Shown in pieces: positions 13,561 through 26,547 of a stretch of DNA of 64,000 nucleotides. The notes under the pieces are model-generated. The model had not been told where the DNA came from and did not search any database. It saw nothing but the letters and a program-made list of their open reading frames with translations. This DNA is from Octopus vulgaris (lineage: Eukaryota). Every line of letters begins with the position of its first letter. The stretch's first letter is position 1. Made by a program: the position numbers and the translations under genes. The stretch is taken from the NCBI GenBank assembly GCA_951406725.2, contig OX597823.1, positions 57,536,001 through 57,600,000 on the forward strand. The letters run 5' to 3'.

Positions 13561-13600
<40 letters not shown>

Positions 13601-13850
13601 GTGTGATAGCCGTGTTGCTCTACAATGCAATAGTACTTAAGTATCACAGTAGTTGTTGCAGTCAGTCATTTTACTATTGTCTTGCCAGTCTTTTGTTTGG
13701 TCTGGCGTCTGCTATGAGAGAATGAAACTCTCCACTCTTTCTTTCTTTTTCTATCTCTTTCAGTCTCTTTCGCTCTCTTTCTCTCTTTCGCATTCTGTCT
13801 TTCTCTTTCTATTCACATTGCCTCTACCTTTAATTTTTTCTCTCTATGTT

Positions 13851-13922
<72 letters not shown>

Positions 13923-13931
13923 CCTATCTAC

Positions 13932-13970
<39 letters not shown>

Positions 13971-13971
13971 C

Positions 13972-14013
<42 letters not shown>

Positions 14014-14018
14014 GTCTG

Positions 14019-14077
<59 letters not shown>

Positions 14078-14127
14078 ATCTATCTATCTATCTCTCTATC
14101 TATATATCTATCTATCTATCTATCTAT
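13851..14127. repeat. (TATC)n tetranucleotide microsatellite
   Basis: Long imperfect tcta run; source of the SIYL ORFs. Confidence 0.95.
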
Positions 14128-14669
14128 CATCTACCTACTTGTCTCTCTATATCTCTATTTATCTGTCTAGCGTATTGTCACTTCTCCATCTCTGTGTGTC
14201 TGTCTGTCTCTCTGTCTGTCTCACTCTCCGTGTATCTCTCCTTCTCTGTCATTCTCTCTATCTGCCACTACTGCCTCTCCCCCTCTCCCTCAAACTTGGA
14301 GTTATTTGCTATGATTTTCTGTTCTCTGTGTTCAAATTTTACCGATGTCAACCTCATCTTTCACTCTTTCTCGTCGATTAAAAAAAAAACCAAAAAAAGG
14401 TAAACAGTTTCACCCCAGGGACGCGGATTGGCGAAACTATTTCAGGTCCGGAAAAGATGTCTTGATATGTCTCTTCTAATTTTGAGTTCTCAGCAATGCT
14501 TGCGACGACTCTTATGCCATACCAAATTTGTCTGCCCTCAATCGACATCCTTTCTCTTCGGTAACCATCAGAAGCATTTAGATCGAGAGACATGCATGTA
14601 TGGACAACAGCCAGTCTTCTTCAGGTTGGGTAGATACATGGTTAACCTTAGTAGCTGGAAGCCCTATAT

Positions 14670-15069
14670 ACACTTCCACTCTAGACACAAGGCTCAAAAT
14701 TTTGGAGGAAGGGGCCAGTCGATTAGATCGACACCAGTACGCAGCTGGTACTTAATGTATCGAACTCGAAAGGTTGAAAGATAAAGTCGAGCTCGGTGGA
14801 ATTTGAACTCGGAACGTAAAGACAGAGGAAATACCTATTTCTTTACTACCCATAAGGGGCTAAACACAGAGAGGACAAACAGGGACAGACAAACGAAATA
14901 AGTCGATTACATCGACCCCAGTGCATAACTGGTACTAAATTTATCGACCCCGAAAGGATGAAAGGCAAAGTCGACCTCGACGGAATTTGAACTCAGAACG
15001 TAACGGCAGACGAAATACCGCTAAGTATTTCGCCTGGCGTGCTAACGACTCTGCCACCTCGCCGCCTTT
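14670..15069 (-). mobile_element. SINE family B dimer (tail-1 unit then tail-2 unit)
   Basis: Flanked by gaagccctatat at 14658-14669 and 15070-15081 (12-bp TSD). Confidence 0.9.
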
Positions 15070-15423
15070 GAAGCCCTATATTGCTAGACGCAAACGTAGC
15101 TGTATGGTTAATAATTTCGCTTTTGATTAGAGTAATCAACATAACAGAGATAGCGAGTTTGAACTCATTTTGCTAACCTTACTTAAGCGATCCCTACTTA
15201 AATCCCTTACTGCAACATACAGAAGAAATACATATATTGTGCCATATAGAAGTGGTACTTATACTGCTGTATTTAGAGTCGGCCAAAGTCTTCCGAGTAA
15301 AAGTTTCGTAATCAGAATGTTTGTCTCGAATCCTGTCAAAAGCGACAGTAAATATTCTCCAGTGGTGGATTTAATCCCTCGCTTCGGTTAATAAAATATC
15401 AATCCAAGTACCCATGGGCTCAG

Positions 15424-15567
15424 GCGCGGTTGTGTGATCAGCATATGGTTCCGGGTTTAGTCACGCTGTGTGACACCTTGGTCAAGTGTCCTCTATTAAA
15501 ACCACGAGCCGACCAAACCCTTGTAAGTGTATTTAGTGGACGAAACTGAAAGGAGCCAGTCATACGT

Positions 15568-15614
<47 letters not shown>

Positions 15615-15725
15615 CATGTCTTTGTGCTTATGTTTGCCCTCCACCACCGCTGGACAAGCGGTGATGGTGTATTTACTTTGCTTGTAATTAGCGGTTCATC
15701 GAAAAAGACCGACAGAGTAAGTATG
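15424..15725 (+). mobile_element. SINE family A (diverged)
   Basis: atggttccgggtttagtc..ccttggtcaagtgtcc..cgaaactgaaaggagcc, (TG)n, body. Confidence 0.75.
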
Positions 15726-16290
15726 GTCTTTGTTTAACCCTTTGCCCATACTGAGTTCAAATTCCTGCGAGATCGACTTTGCTTTCATCCTTTCAAGACG
15801 ATGAAAGACATGACAGTTGAGCACTGGGGTCGATCGAATAGACTTACTCCTTCCTCCGAAATTGCCTTGCCTCAATATCTGAAATGATTATGGAAATACA
15901 GTCAAATAACGGCTCAGTAAAGACAGTCAGGTTGACAGAACAGTCCCGCAATGTTCTAAGATCAAATAACGCAAAATGTCTTCGAGAAATGCATGAACAT
16001 CATAAGAATCTATCCTCACCCAAAATACTAGATATCTTATACTTATTATTTTCTTTTTTCAACTGTTTATACTGGAGATGTTTTTGTCGCTGTTGCTGCA
16101 TCTTTATCGCCAACGCCACCACCACTATCACCACCTCCACCTCCACCTCCATCACTACAACAACAACAACAACAAGAGCAACAAGGACGACGACAACAAC
16201 AAGGAGACGACCACCTTTTTAGGCAACTCTAATAACTATAAAAGCAACAGATTCTAGGGCAACAACAGACACTATTCGGTAAAGACACTA

Positions 16291-16613
16291 TTCGGTCATG
16301 AATGACCATGGGATACCACAGTTCCGGGCAAGATCACCCATGCATACCAGCCATGCATATCGTGCATATCGCCCATGCAGTCACACATGTATACCAGCCT
16401 TGCCTCTCCGCGCCACCAACGTTATGCAAGGGAAAAGTAAAGGCCGATACAGCTTGGCACCAGTGACGTCGCTACTGATTTTGTACAGCTGAGTGAACTG
16501 GAGCAACGTGAAATAAAGTGTTTTGCTCAAGAACACAACGCACAGCACGGTCTTGGAATCGAACTCGCGACCTCATGATTGTGCGCCCGACGCTCTAACC
16601 ACTGAGCCATGCG
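16291..16613 (-). mobile_element. SINE family C
   Basis: ttcggtcatgaatgaccatggga..ggccgatacagcttggcaccagtga..ggaatcgaactc..accactgagccatgcg. Confidence 0.85.
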
Positions 16614-17053
16614 ACAGCAACAACATCTGGGTCATACAACAACAACAACAACAACAACGACTTCTGAGATAATCTGTTACAATAAGAGTACCAATAGTTT
16701 TTATGAGGGCCAACCATAACAACAACATCTACTTTTTTGGGAACTACATTAACAATTCCTGCTGGCGCAACCACCGGCTACAATAACCAGAATAATAGCC
16801 TTTCTTGAGGGCAACCACAACGACAACGATGAAATATCAATAACGTATATGGGAGTAAACATAGTCAATGTGTTGATGGTAACAGAGGTACTGCTACTGC
16901 TGCTGATTGTTGTTGTTGTTGTTGTTGTTGTTAAGCAACAAGACGGGTAAGGGGGATTAGGTGATGGTCTAGGGCTTAGGGGTGGGAAACCCCAGACCTT
17001 GGAAAAAAACATTTGGTCGTCTTGTTGTAGTCGAGGGCTCTTCGTTGATGATG

Positions 17054-17114
<61 letters not shown>

Positions 17115-17139
17115 TAATAATAATAATAATAATAATAAT

Positions 17140-17342
17140 GGTTTCAAATTTTGCCACAAGGGCAGCAGTTTTGCGGGAGGGTATATATATATATATATAC
17201 TTTTTACTATATATAAGTTTTACTAGTACTTAATTTATCGCTCCCAAAGGATAACAGACTAAATTGACCTCGGCGGAATTTGAACTCAAGACGGTCGAAA
17301 TGCCGCTAAGCGTGCTAACGATTCTGCCAGCTCGCCGCCTTT
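17140..17342 (-). mobile_element. SINE family B, tail-3 variant, in (AAT)n
   Basis: ggtttcaaattttgccacaagggcagcag tail; core and head ctgccagctcgccgcctt. Confidence 0.8.
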
Positions 17343-17394
17343 AATAATAATAATAATGATGATGATGATGATGATGAGGATGATGATGTTGATG

Positions 17395-17975
17395 ATGTTG
17401 CGGTACCAGGGAGTAGCTGTTATGGCGTTTAAATGATGCAATACTATGCAAGCGGCTCTCATAGCTTCTGATCTTAATTGATTGGAAGTCTTATCATGTT
17501 CATGTTTTACGTTGGTATAAAAGATGGGCTACAGCAAATATTCAGCTTAATACAACAAATTTGCTTATCAGTTGTTTGAACATGTTCCTTTATGACTGAC
17601 GATTTGTGCATCTCTGATCACGAACAGAAGTAGAGGAGGAACATCATAGCCATGTGTTGAGAGGTATTCTTTGGTGTTTGAATAATTAATCTCTGGAAAC
17701 ATGGGTGTTTCGTTCATCATAATTAAACAAACCTTACTCAGGGACCTTTTTTTTTTTGCGGGGTGGGCTACTCGACCTAAATAAAATTCTAACTCGGCCC
17801 CACCTGCAAGGTCAATCGCTGCTTATCTTGATATGAGATAAACATGTCGCGCATATGTGGTCGTGATGCACGTGCCTAGTGTAATCTTATCAGACAGGTA
17901 GTCATGATGGCTATACTGGGCTCCATATATTTGTACTCCGGTGTCATTTCGATGGTATGCATTGCTCTCTCACTC
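17395..17975 (+). mobile_element. Non-autonomous family D (~560 bp) between (GAT)n and (AAT)n
   Basis: Colinear with 45984-46534 and 47909-48158; ends tgcattgctctctcactc followed by (AAT)n. Confidence 0.85.
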
Positions 17976-18830
17976 AATAATAATGATGATAATAATAATA
18001 ATAATAATAATAACAATAATAATAATAATAGTAATAAAATTGTGGATGAGGTGGTGTTGGCGTTTGGCAACAAGATGATGGTAATTGCGGCGATCATGAT
18101 GATAATGGTAATGACAGCGGAATTTGGGGCGGAAACGGGAATCGTGATGCTGGCGATTCTGACGGTAACGCAGTGGCTCTGTGAATGGTTGTGGTGGTAC
18201 AACGACGTCGACGACGACGACGACGATGATGACGACGATTATGATGATGATTGACGATGAAGACGACATCGATGATGATTATATGAAGATGATAATGGTG
18301 GTGATGAATATGACGACGATGATATAGGGGTAGTGTGGTAGTAGTGGTAGTAGTGGCGATAGCAATTATAGTAGTCATGCTGGTGGCAGTGGTGGCGGTG
18401 ATGACAGCAGTGATAGCGGTGGTGGTGGTGGTGGTGGTGGTAGTGACGGCAGCGGCCATTGGGCCATTCTGCTTGCAGTTGTATATCAGTATAATGGTGA
18501 TGGTAGGCCAGTCGATGATGTCAGCGATCGATGGTGGTGGTGGTGGTGGTGGTGGTGGTGGTGGTGAAGGACTATGATGATGATGATGATGATGATGATG
18601 AAGATAACGATAATGATGATTATGATGAGTATGAAGATAATGATGATGATGATGATGACGACGACGATGTCAAAGATGATGATATTGATGATAATGATGA
18701 CAGTGATATTGATAACAATAATGATGATGATGATAATGATGATGATGATGATGATGACAATAATGATGATGATGATGATGATGACGGTCGCAGTGGTGGT
18801 GGTCTTGGTGGTGATAATACGACGATAGTG
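17976..18830. repeat. Compound imperfect trinucleotide region (AAT/GAT/GGT/GAC)
   Basis: Drifting trinucleotide units; low-complexity ORFs in all frames. Confidence 0.9.
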
Positions 18831-18984
18831 TTGAACACAGACGTGTGTTATTTATTGTCTGACATTGTGCTACTGTAGTAAAACTATCATCGTAACCCAA
18901 GTGTATTAGATTTCAACAGATCTAACGAAACGATGACCAAATGAAATATTATTACACTCCTCCACACACAAACACACACACACA

Positions 18985-19023
<39 letters not shown>

Positions 19024-20182
19024 GCATACGCACGTACGCACACAACCCTTCACCCTTTCCTTTTTTCGACCCCTCCTTCCTCACCCTCTCCTAAACTTCC
19101 AGAGATATAACATTGATGATAAAAACGCTATCACACATTAATACAGGATATCAGACCTCCTTCTGCTAGACAAGATGTGATATATTGTTTAACAATAGTA
19201 GTTCACTGACTCACAAACACTGATTTCTTTTGACAAGACGCAAGACAAGATGTGTTTTGTTTATTGTTGTTGTTGGCGTTGTTGCAGGTGTTGGTGTTGG
19301 TGGTGTTGTTGTTTAGCCGCAGGTCAGGCTTGATCTGACAAACCTATGATCAAAAGCCTTCCAAGAGTGACTATCATGTCTTTCTTTTTTAAAATCTTCA
19401 TTTTCTTTTTTTGGTTTTTTGGTTCTGTAGTTTTGGTCTATTTAGGATTGCTCAATCCAATGTGTTCTCCCCACGTTATTTTATTTTTTAAGGACGGGTT
19501 GTTAGCGTGTAGCTTAAGAGAATTTTGATTTTTGTTTCTAGCAGATCGAATGTCCACAGAGAGGCTTCATCTATTTATTTGTTTTTTAAAGTGTGTGTGG
19601 GAATGTAATCGATAGGAGATGCGGTTGATCTAACAGGGAAGTCGGTGTAATAGAAAGAGAGAGAGAAAAGAGACAAATAAATAGATATATAGAGCGGTAG
19701 ATAGATAGATAGATATGTAGATAGATAAATAGATAGAGAGAGAGGGGGGAGAAAGAGAGAGATAGTAAGCGTAGTCTATTTAACAGATAGAGGTAATGTA
19801 GTCAGTTTATTAGAGAGCGGATACTATAGTCTATTTAATAGAGAGGTGTGGTGTAGTCGACTTAGTAGGGTCCTATAACTAATATTGTGAAAGTTGGGAT
19901 GCCTGCGATAAAGATCTTGTTAGTAGACTGCGAACTGAGGGAACAGAGGTTCGTTTCGTAGAACTGATAGATTGTTCTGTCTGTTCGTCTCAAACTAAAC
20001 TGGTTAAGTTTCAATAAGTCAAGTTACCTCTTGAACAGGTTACAAAACTGAGGAAGAATAAGTGCGTAATTCACTCCTGTAAGCGGTTATTTTCGTTATT
20101 TTTGTTTTAAATGTCTCAGTTTCCTTTCCCGGAGGAAAGGTTTGCACGTACTCCTGACCTATATATCCCGTTCGGGATCGAT

Positions 20183-20599
20183 TATCGTGATTTTCTAGCA
20201 TATAAGTCGAAATTTCCTGACGCATATTTACAGTCCAAAGTTAGGTCGACTTATAAACCAAGACGATTATGAAGGACCAAACATACCTATTTCTTTATTA
20301 CCCATAAGGGGCTAAACATAGAGGGGACAAACAAGGACAGACATAGGTATTAAGTCGATTACATCGACCCCAGTGTGTAACTGGTACTTAATTTATCGAC
20401 CCCGAAAGGATGAAAGGCAAAGTCGACCTCGGCAGAATTTGAACTCACAACGTAACGACAGACGAAATACCGCTAAGCATTTCGCCCGGCGCGCTAACGT
20501 TTCTGCCAGCTCTTGGAACGACAGTAGCTAGATTTGGATGTTTATACCACAATGTACACATTATATTTTACATAGACTTGTATACCGGAAAATACAGTA
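20183..20599. mobile_element. Tc1/mariner-superfamily (Tc2/pogo-like) MITE carrying a SINE B insertion
   Basis: Left end tatcgtgattttctagcatataagtcga; right end reverse complement tactgtattttccggtatacaagtc; TA at both ends; homologous to 25278-25843. Confidence 0.6.
20283..20512 (-). mobile_element. SINE family B monomer inside MITE
   Basis: atacctatttctttattacccataagggg..ttctgccagctc. Confidence 0.9.
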
Positions 20600-20889
20600 A
20601 TTTTACCTTTTGAACTGATACTAGTTAATAGCAGCAAGAAAAACATACACACAAAAAAAAGCTGATGACAGAGAAAGAAGGACCGGATAAAAAAAGGCGC
20701 GTGGAGATGGGTGTTGAGACAATATATGTAAACAGAAGAAGAGAGATGTGGACTTTGCAAATGTTCGAATGGTGGTGCAACATAACCAGCTCACTCTGAG
20801 GGAACAGCAGCAGCAACTGCAAAAATGGTTCGAAAAGAAACAAAAACATAGTTGTCAGTGGCCCACAAGAATGGTACATTCTTTTATTC

Positions 20890-21122
20890 TTGTATTCTTT
20901 TCCTTGTTTCAGTCATTAGACAGCGGCTATGCTGGAACACCGCCTCGAAGAGTTTTTTAGTCTAACAAATCGACCTGAAGACTTGATTCATTTTTTAAAG
21001 TCTACTACTTATTCTATCAATCTCATAAGCCGAACCGCTAAGTTACGGGGACGTATACGAACCAACACCGGTTGCTAAGCGGCGATGGGGGACGAACACA
21101 GTCTCAAAGACACACACATAGT

Positions 21123-21200
<78 letters not shown>

Positions 21201-21352
21201 CGAGGGGTTTCTTTCAGTTTCCGTCTACTAAATTCATTCACAACGTTTTGGTTGGCTCGAGGCTATAGCAGAAGACACTTGCCCATGATGTCATGCTGTG
21301 GGTCTGAACCCGGGACCATGTGGTTGGAAAGCAAGCTTCTTACCTCACTGCC
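20890..21352 (-). mobile_element. SINE family A
   Basis: ttgtttcagtcattagacagcggctatgctgg..(CA)n(TA)n..ctttcagtttccgtctac..gggaccatgtggttgg. Confidence 0.85.
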
Positions 21353-21361
21353 ACGAAATAA

Positions 21362-21670
21362 TGATTTCAAATTTTGGCAGAAAGCCGGAGGGGGAAGTCG
21401 ATTACATCAACCCAATCCCCCACCAGGACTTAAACTGGTATTTACTTTATCGACTTCGAAAGGATGAAAGGCGAAGTCGACATCGGTCGAATTTTTGCTC
21501 TGAATATAAAGACGGACAAAATGCCGCAAAGTATTTTGTCCAGTGTGCTAACGGTTTTGCCAACTCGCCACCTTTCTTTTCTACTTTAGGCACAAGGGCC
21601 GAAATTTGGGAGGTGAGGGCCAATCAAGTGGATCGACCCCAGTATGCAACTGGTACTTAATTTATCGATT
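21362..21670 (-). mobile_element. SINE family B tail-3 copy plus adjacent tail-2 fragment
   Basis: tgatttcaaattttggcag..gccaactcgccacctt, then ctttaggcacaagggccgaaattt..ctggtacttaatttatcga. Confidence 0.75.
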
Positions 21671-22711
21671 ATAATCTAATTCGTTTATAAACCTCTTGGT
21701 GAAACGTCAGTGCCATAGCATTTCGCGACTAACTTCCAGATAAAATTTGCCCTCAATTGGACATATACAAAGGGGTTTCTGTTTACGAATGCGATCTATT
21801 CAGGAGCCTTTTTTGTTTACCAAACTGTTCGTTACATGAGTAATTGAAATACATATAGATAGGAGTAATCCCTTAGAAGACGAATCGAGACTCTGCATGA
21901 GGTTATGAAATGATGCTTCATTTGTCTCGTGCATGATTATCTTAACAAAAATGAAATTAAAATAAAGAGAGAAAGAGAGAGAGAAATATTGTTATTTTTT
22001 ATATAAAATAGGAAAATTTGAAAGGACCGTGAAATGCGTACAAGGACATAAACAAAATCTCGCAGTACGTGGGTAGTCTATCGTGATTTGTTGTTTGAAT
22101 TTCAGCTTGTTGGCTGAGTATAATTTATTTTCAGAAAAACTTTTCGTTATTCAAATTTTGGGGTCAGAGGACCGTTAATATTTCAATACGCATTATGTAT
22201 GTATGTATGTATGTATGTATGTATGTATGTATGTATGTATGTATGTATATATGTATGTATGTATGTATGTTCATATGTATGTTCATATGTATACACACTT
22301 ATATATAATTATCAGCGACGGCAATAGTATTAGGTCCAAAAGACAATCTTTATACCCAATGAACGTGGATGAATCATTCGAACGCCGGATACTGCAGTAC
22401 TATCCTCGAGAGGTCTCTCCTATACACATGGTGTCTAAAAGCACAGAAATGTATCGTAGCTGATAGCAATCGACTGTTATAGGCGTTGGAACTGCTAGAT
22501 CATGTGATTTCAGTTGACCGGCCTTCTTCAGTGAAAGGCACCAGGTGACAGCATACGAGCGAAGTCCCGCTGTCAGGATGTATAAAATTTCAGTGTCTTT
22601 TCAGTCACTGATGTTGCAAATAGCTAGCAGGCTTATTGAAGAAATAATTATTAGTGACGGAAGCAGTATTAGCTGGATATAAAGATTACCTTTTGACACA
22701 GATATAAGTGT

Positions 22712-22756
<45 letters not shown>

Positions 22757-22818
22757 TGTGCGCAAGCGTGTGTGTGAATGTATGTTTGTGTATTCACACA
22801 TACATATATGTATGTGGG

Positions 22819-23407
22819 AAGGCGGCGAGCTGGCAGAAACGCTAGCACGCCGGGCGAAATGCTTAGCGGTATTTTGTCCGCCGTTACGTTCTGAGTTCAA
22901 ATTCCGCCAAGGTCGACTTTGCCTTTCATCCTTTCGGGGTCGATTAAATAAGTGCCAGTTACGCACTGGGATCGATGTAATCGACTTAATCCGTTTATCT
23001 GTCCTTGTTTGTCCCCTCTGTGTTTAGCCCCTTGTGGGTAGTAAAGAAATAGAAATAGGTATTTCGTCCGCCGCTACGTTCTGAGTTCAAATTCCGCCGA
23101 GGTCGACTTTGCCTTTCATCCTTTCGGGGTCGATTAAATACGTACCAGTTACGCACTGGGGTCGATATAATCGACTTAATCCGTTTGTTTGTCCTTGTTT
23201 GTCCTCTCTGTGTTTAGCTCTTTGTGGGTAGTAAATAAATAGGTATTTCGTCTATCTTTACGTTCTGAGTTCAAATTCTTCCGAGGTCTACTTTGCTTTT
23301 CATCCTTTTGGGGTCGATAAATTAAGTACCAGTCGCGTACTAGGGTCGATCTAATCGACTGGCGCCCTCCCCCAAAATTTCGGGTCTTGTGCCTAGAGTA
23401 GAAAAGA
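22819..23407 (+). mobile_element. SINE family B trimer (tail 1, tail 1, tail 2)
   Basis: One head; units restart at ggtatttcg; flanks atatatgtatgtgg (22804-22817) and atatatgtatgcgg (23408-23421) form a TSD with one mismatch. Confidence 0.92.
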
Positions 23408-23671
23408 ATATATGTATGCGGAGTATGTGTAAGAAAAAAGGTGTTGTGATTTCAATGTTTCACAGATCGTCAGTTATATGAACAGCCCGATGGATATAAC
23501 GACCGTTAACATTTCGAAGTCACTGTCCATTTTTCGTTGTAAGATCAAATGTAGTGAGTAATCTTGCAACTAATGCTTGATTGTTTTAAATATAAGTAGA
23601 TATAAACAGTTGTTGAAGTCATTGTCAACCATTTTTCATTGTAAAAATTTATATAGAAATGTATACGAGTT

Positions 23672-23763
<92 letters not shown>

Positions 23764-24569
23764 TGTGTGTGTGTATGTGTGTGCGTGTGTGTGTGTGTCA
23801 ATTTCTAGAAGTTTCGATGTATTTGAATTCCTGCTATCTCAGTGATGTTGTGAATGTTATTGTTGTCTAAATGAGAAGAATGTGGCGTAAAAGATTAGAA
23901 AAGAAAGAATAGCCAAATTTATTACCACTGGGCAGAACGTCAGACAAAATATCTTGCGGTATTTACTTATATCCCTTTACATTCTAGAATACTTAACTAT
24001 ATCATCGGTTATTCTGCGAATAATCACTTTCGATACACGATCTAACACATCATTCAGCGACACATTCATTCCTCATTTGTAGTGTAACATCTAAATAAAG
24101 TAAAGGCTAGTAGCCGCAGATTTTTATGCAGCAATGAAAACACCCCTGGGTTTTTAGAAGACATTTTGTTGTGCTATAGCATTTTAAACCAATACAGATC
24201 TGCATGGAAAGTGACAGGGGTGCTGTGTGATTCTTGTTAAAAAGAGCTTCCGGCTTTTTCACACAAATTTTGCAAATGTTGCTTGGTTGGTTATTCGGTT
24301 GATTGTTTTAATGGTTATCCTCTGTATTCATGTTGTTGTATTTCCTTCTCATTTGATAACTGAAATTGAATGTAGTGTTATGGTGAGTGGGAATATTGTC
24401 TTTACATTGTTACTGATAACAATAACGTATTTAGCATTATTCGATTAAGCTTTAAGAGATTAGTTGAATTCTGTAGAACAAGAGATAAGGAAAATCCCAA
24501 CTAGTTGAAACTGCAATACGGTTTCAAATGATGGTTAAAGTCGTCGTTACCACACCATGCATACTTATA

Positions 24570-24970
24570 ACGGCGGTGATTTTCCAGAAATGTTAATGTA
24601 CCAGGGTAGATTTTTTGCAGTATTCAGTTTCGAAGATCTGTATTATGATTTCAAATCCGATCCGGGCGGCTTAGTTCTATTGTCATTCAGCTAATTTTGT
24701 TTTCTTGTTCGTTTCTTGAAATACGAAACTTGTAATATCCAACAGATTACAGTCTCTTAGAGTGTGTAAGACAAAATTCTATGCAACATATTTTCCGGTT
24801 CTCTACTTTAAATCCAAATAATTCAATTTCAACTTTGCCTTTCATTCCTTTGTGGTTGATAAAATAATGTAGTACTGATTCAGGGTGGAATTATTAAAGC
24901 GTCAGACTAGCTGTGATGATGCATTTAGCTCGGCTGTTTGTGTTCAGAGTTCGTAAAGTGCAGCCCAGTT
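24570..24970 (+). repeat. Highly decayed SINE-B-like monomers (about three)
   Basis: ggcggtgattttccagaaatgtt..tttcaaatcc; caactttgcctttcattcctttgtggttgataaaata; gcgtcagact..cagagttcg. Confidence 0.45.
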
Positions 24971-25277
24971 TGAAGTCCTTACCAGGTACTTGTATAATTT
25001 GTGCACAGTCCCCTACTATCCACTGTAAACATTTAGACCACATCTCCGATTTAAGTATAACTTTCTGTCTTCGCCTCCATCAAGTCTCGACGACTCTGGA
25101 AAAATAAATGTCATTGGAACTTTATTCGTCACTAAATAACCATTTAAAATGTAAGAAATACCGATTAGTATATTTAAACAATTAATTATTTTAAAAAATA
25201 TAGAAGTATAACAACATAGCATAGTGCAATCATCCACAATCCTAAATTTGACATTTCGTTGTACGATAGTTATACAA

Positions 25278-25843
25278 TACTGTATTTTGCAACATACAAG
25301 TCGAATTCTTCAGACCAACATTTACTGCAAAAATAAAGATGAAGAACGAAATTTTCTATTTGGAATACAAAGCACTTACAATTCATTCACACCGACCACA
25401 AGTCAACTTTCCAGTAACAGTGTAGCCATTTGAATTTTGGAACCTACAAAGCCGGATGAGTTCCCTGGCTGACACAAAAGAACATGCTGGCCATCCAATT
25501 GGTAGAAGGCGGCGAGCTGGCAAAAACGTTTAGCACGCTGGGCGAAATGCATAGCCCTATTTCGTCTGCCGTTACGTTCTGAGTTCAACTTCCGCCGAGG
25601 TCGACTTTGCCTTTCATCCTTTCGGGGTCGATACATTAAGTACCATTTACGCACTGGCGTCGATATAATTGACTTAATCCGTTTGTCTGTCCTTGTTTGT
25701 CCTCTGTGTTTAGCACCTTGTGGGTATGAAAGAAATAGGTATTTAGAAAGATAGTGACCATGTTTGAACGTTTATACTACAGCTTTATGCTATGTACTTG
25801 TATACCGACTTGTATACCGACTTGTATACCGGAAAATATGGTG
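25278..25843. mobile_element. Tc2/pogo-like MITE carrying a SINE B insertion
   Basis: Left tactgtattttgcaacatacaagtcga; right gacttgtataccggaaaatatggt with a tandem triplication of acttgtataccg. Confidence 0.6.
25506..25744 (+). mobile_element. SINE family B monomer inside MITE
   Basis: aaggcggcgagctggc..aaagaaataggtattt; possible short TSD tagaa. Confidence 0.9.
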
Positions 25844-26235
25844 TATTTATTCGTTTTACCTGTTATTTTATACAAATACATGTGTGACAATATTTTGTGA
25901 AAAGGCAAGCATATGGAAAATTGATTTTGGGACCCAATTTCGTCAAGTCCTCTCCTTCTCCTTCTTCTTCCTCTGACTAAACTATTAAAAAGAAGAAAAA
26001 GAAACTTTGGAGAATACTGCGAGACACCCTGTATATGTTTTGGGACGATTGACCACTTAATCAATTGCCTGGTCTAACATCCTCCTCCTGTACCTCTCTT
26101 GAGTCGGTGATACACTAGTCCACTCTGTTGGACTAGATCTCTGGTCAGTAGGCACCTCATGTGTCTCCATTTCTTACGCCAGCTCCTACCAGATTCAGAA
26201 GATCTATATAGAACGTCACAAGAGTCATAGAGATA

Positions 26236-26547
26236 GATTAGTGGTTAGGGTATTCGACTGACGATCGTCAGGTTGTAAGTTCAATTCTTGGCGACGCGTT
26301 GTGTCCTTGAGCACGGCACTTCATTTCACGTTGTTCCAGTCAACTCAGCTGGCAAAAAAGGAGTTGCACTTCTAATTCAAAGGTTCAGTCTTGTCATACT
26401 TTGTGTCACGCTGAATCTCCCCGAGAACAACGTTAAGGGTACACGCATCTGTGGAGTGCTCAGCCACTAGCACGTTGATTTCAACGAGCAGGCTGTTCCG
26501 TTGATCGAATCAACTGGAACCCTCGTCGTCGAAATCGACAGAGTGCG
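26236..26547 (+). mobile_element. SINE family C variant (CORE-like domain, different tail)
   Basis: tagtggttagggtattcg..gttcaattc..gtgtccttgagcacggcacttcatttcacgttgttccagtcaactcagctggcaaaaa. Confidence 0.7.

Noticed and set aside
13653-14403. 242-aa and 185-aa ORFs
   Set aside because: Translations of (TATC)n and CT-rich repeats; stop-free only because of the repeat unit.
18531-18878. Asp/Asn-rich ORF reminiscent of acidic mollusc shell proteins
   Set aside because: Imperfect (GAT)n microsatellite open in several frames; no signal peptide or splice support.
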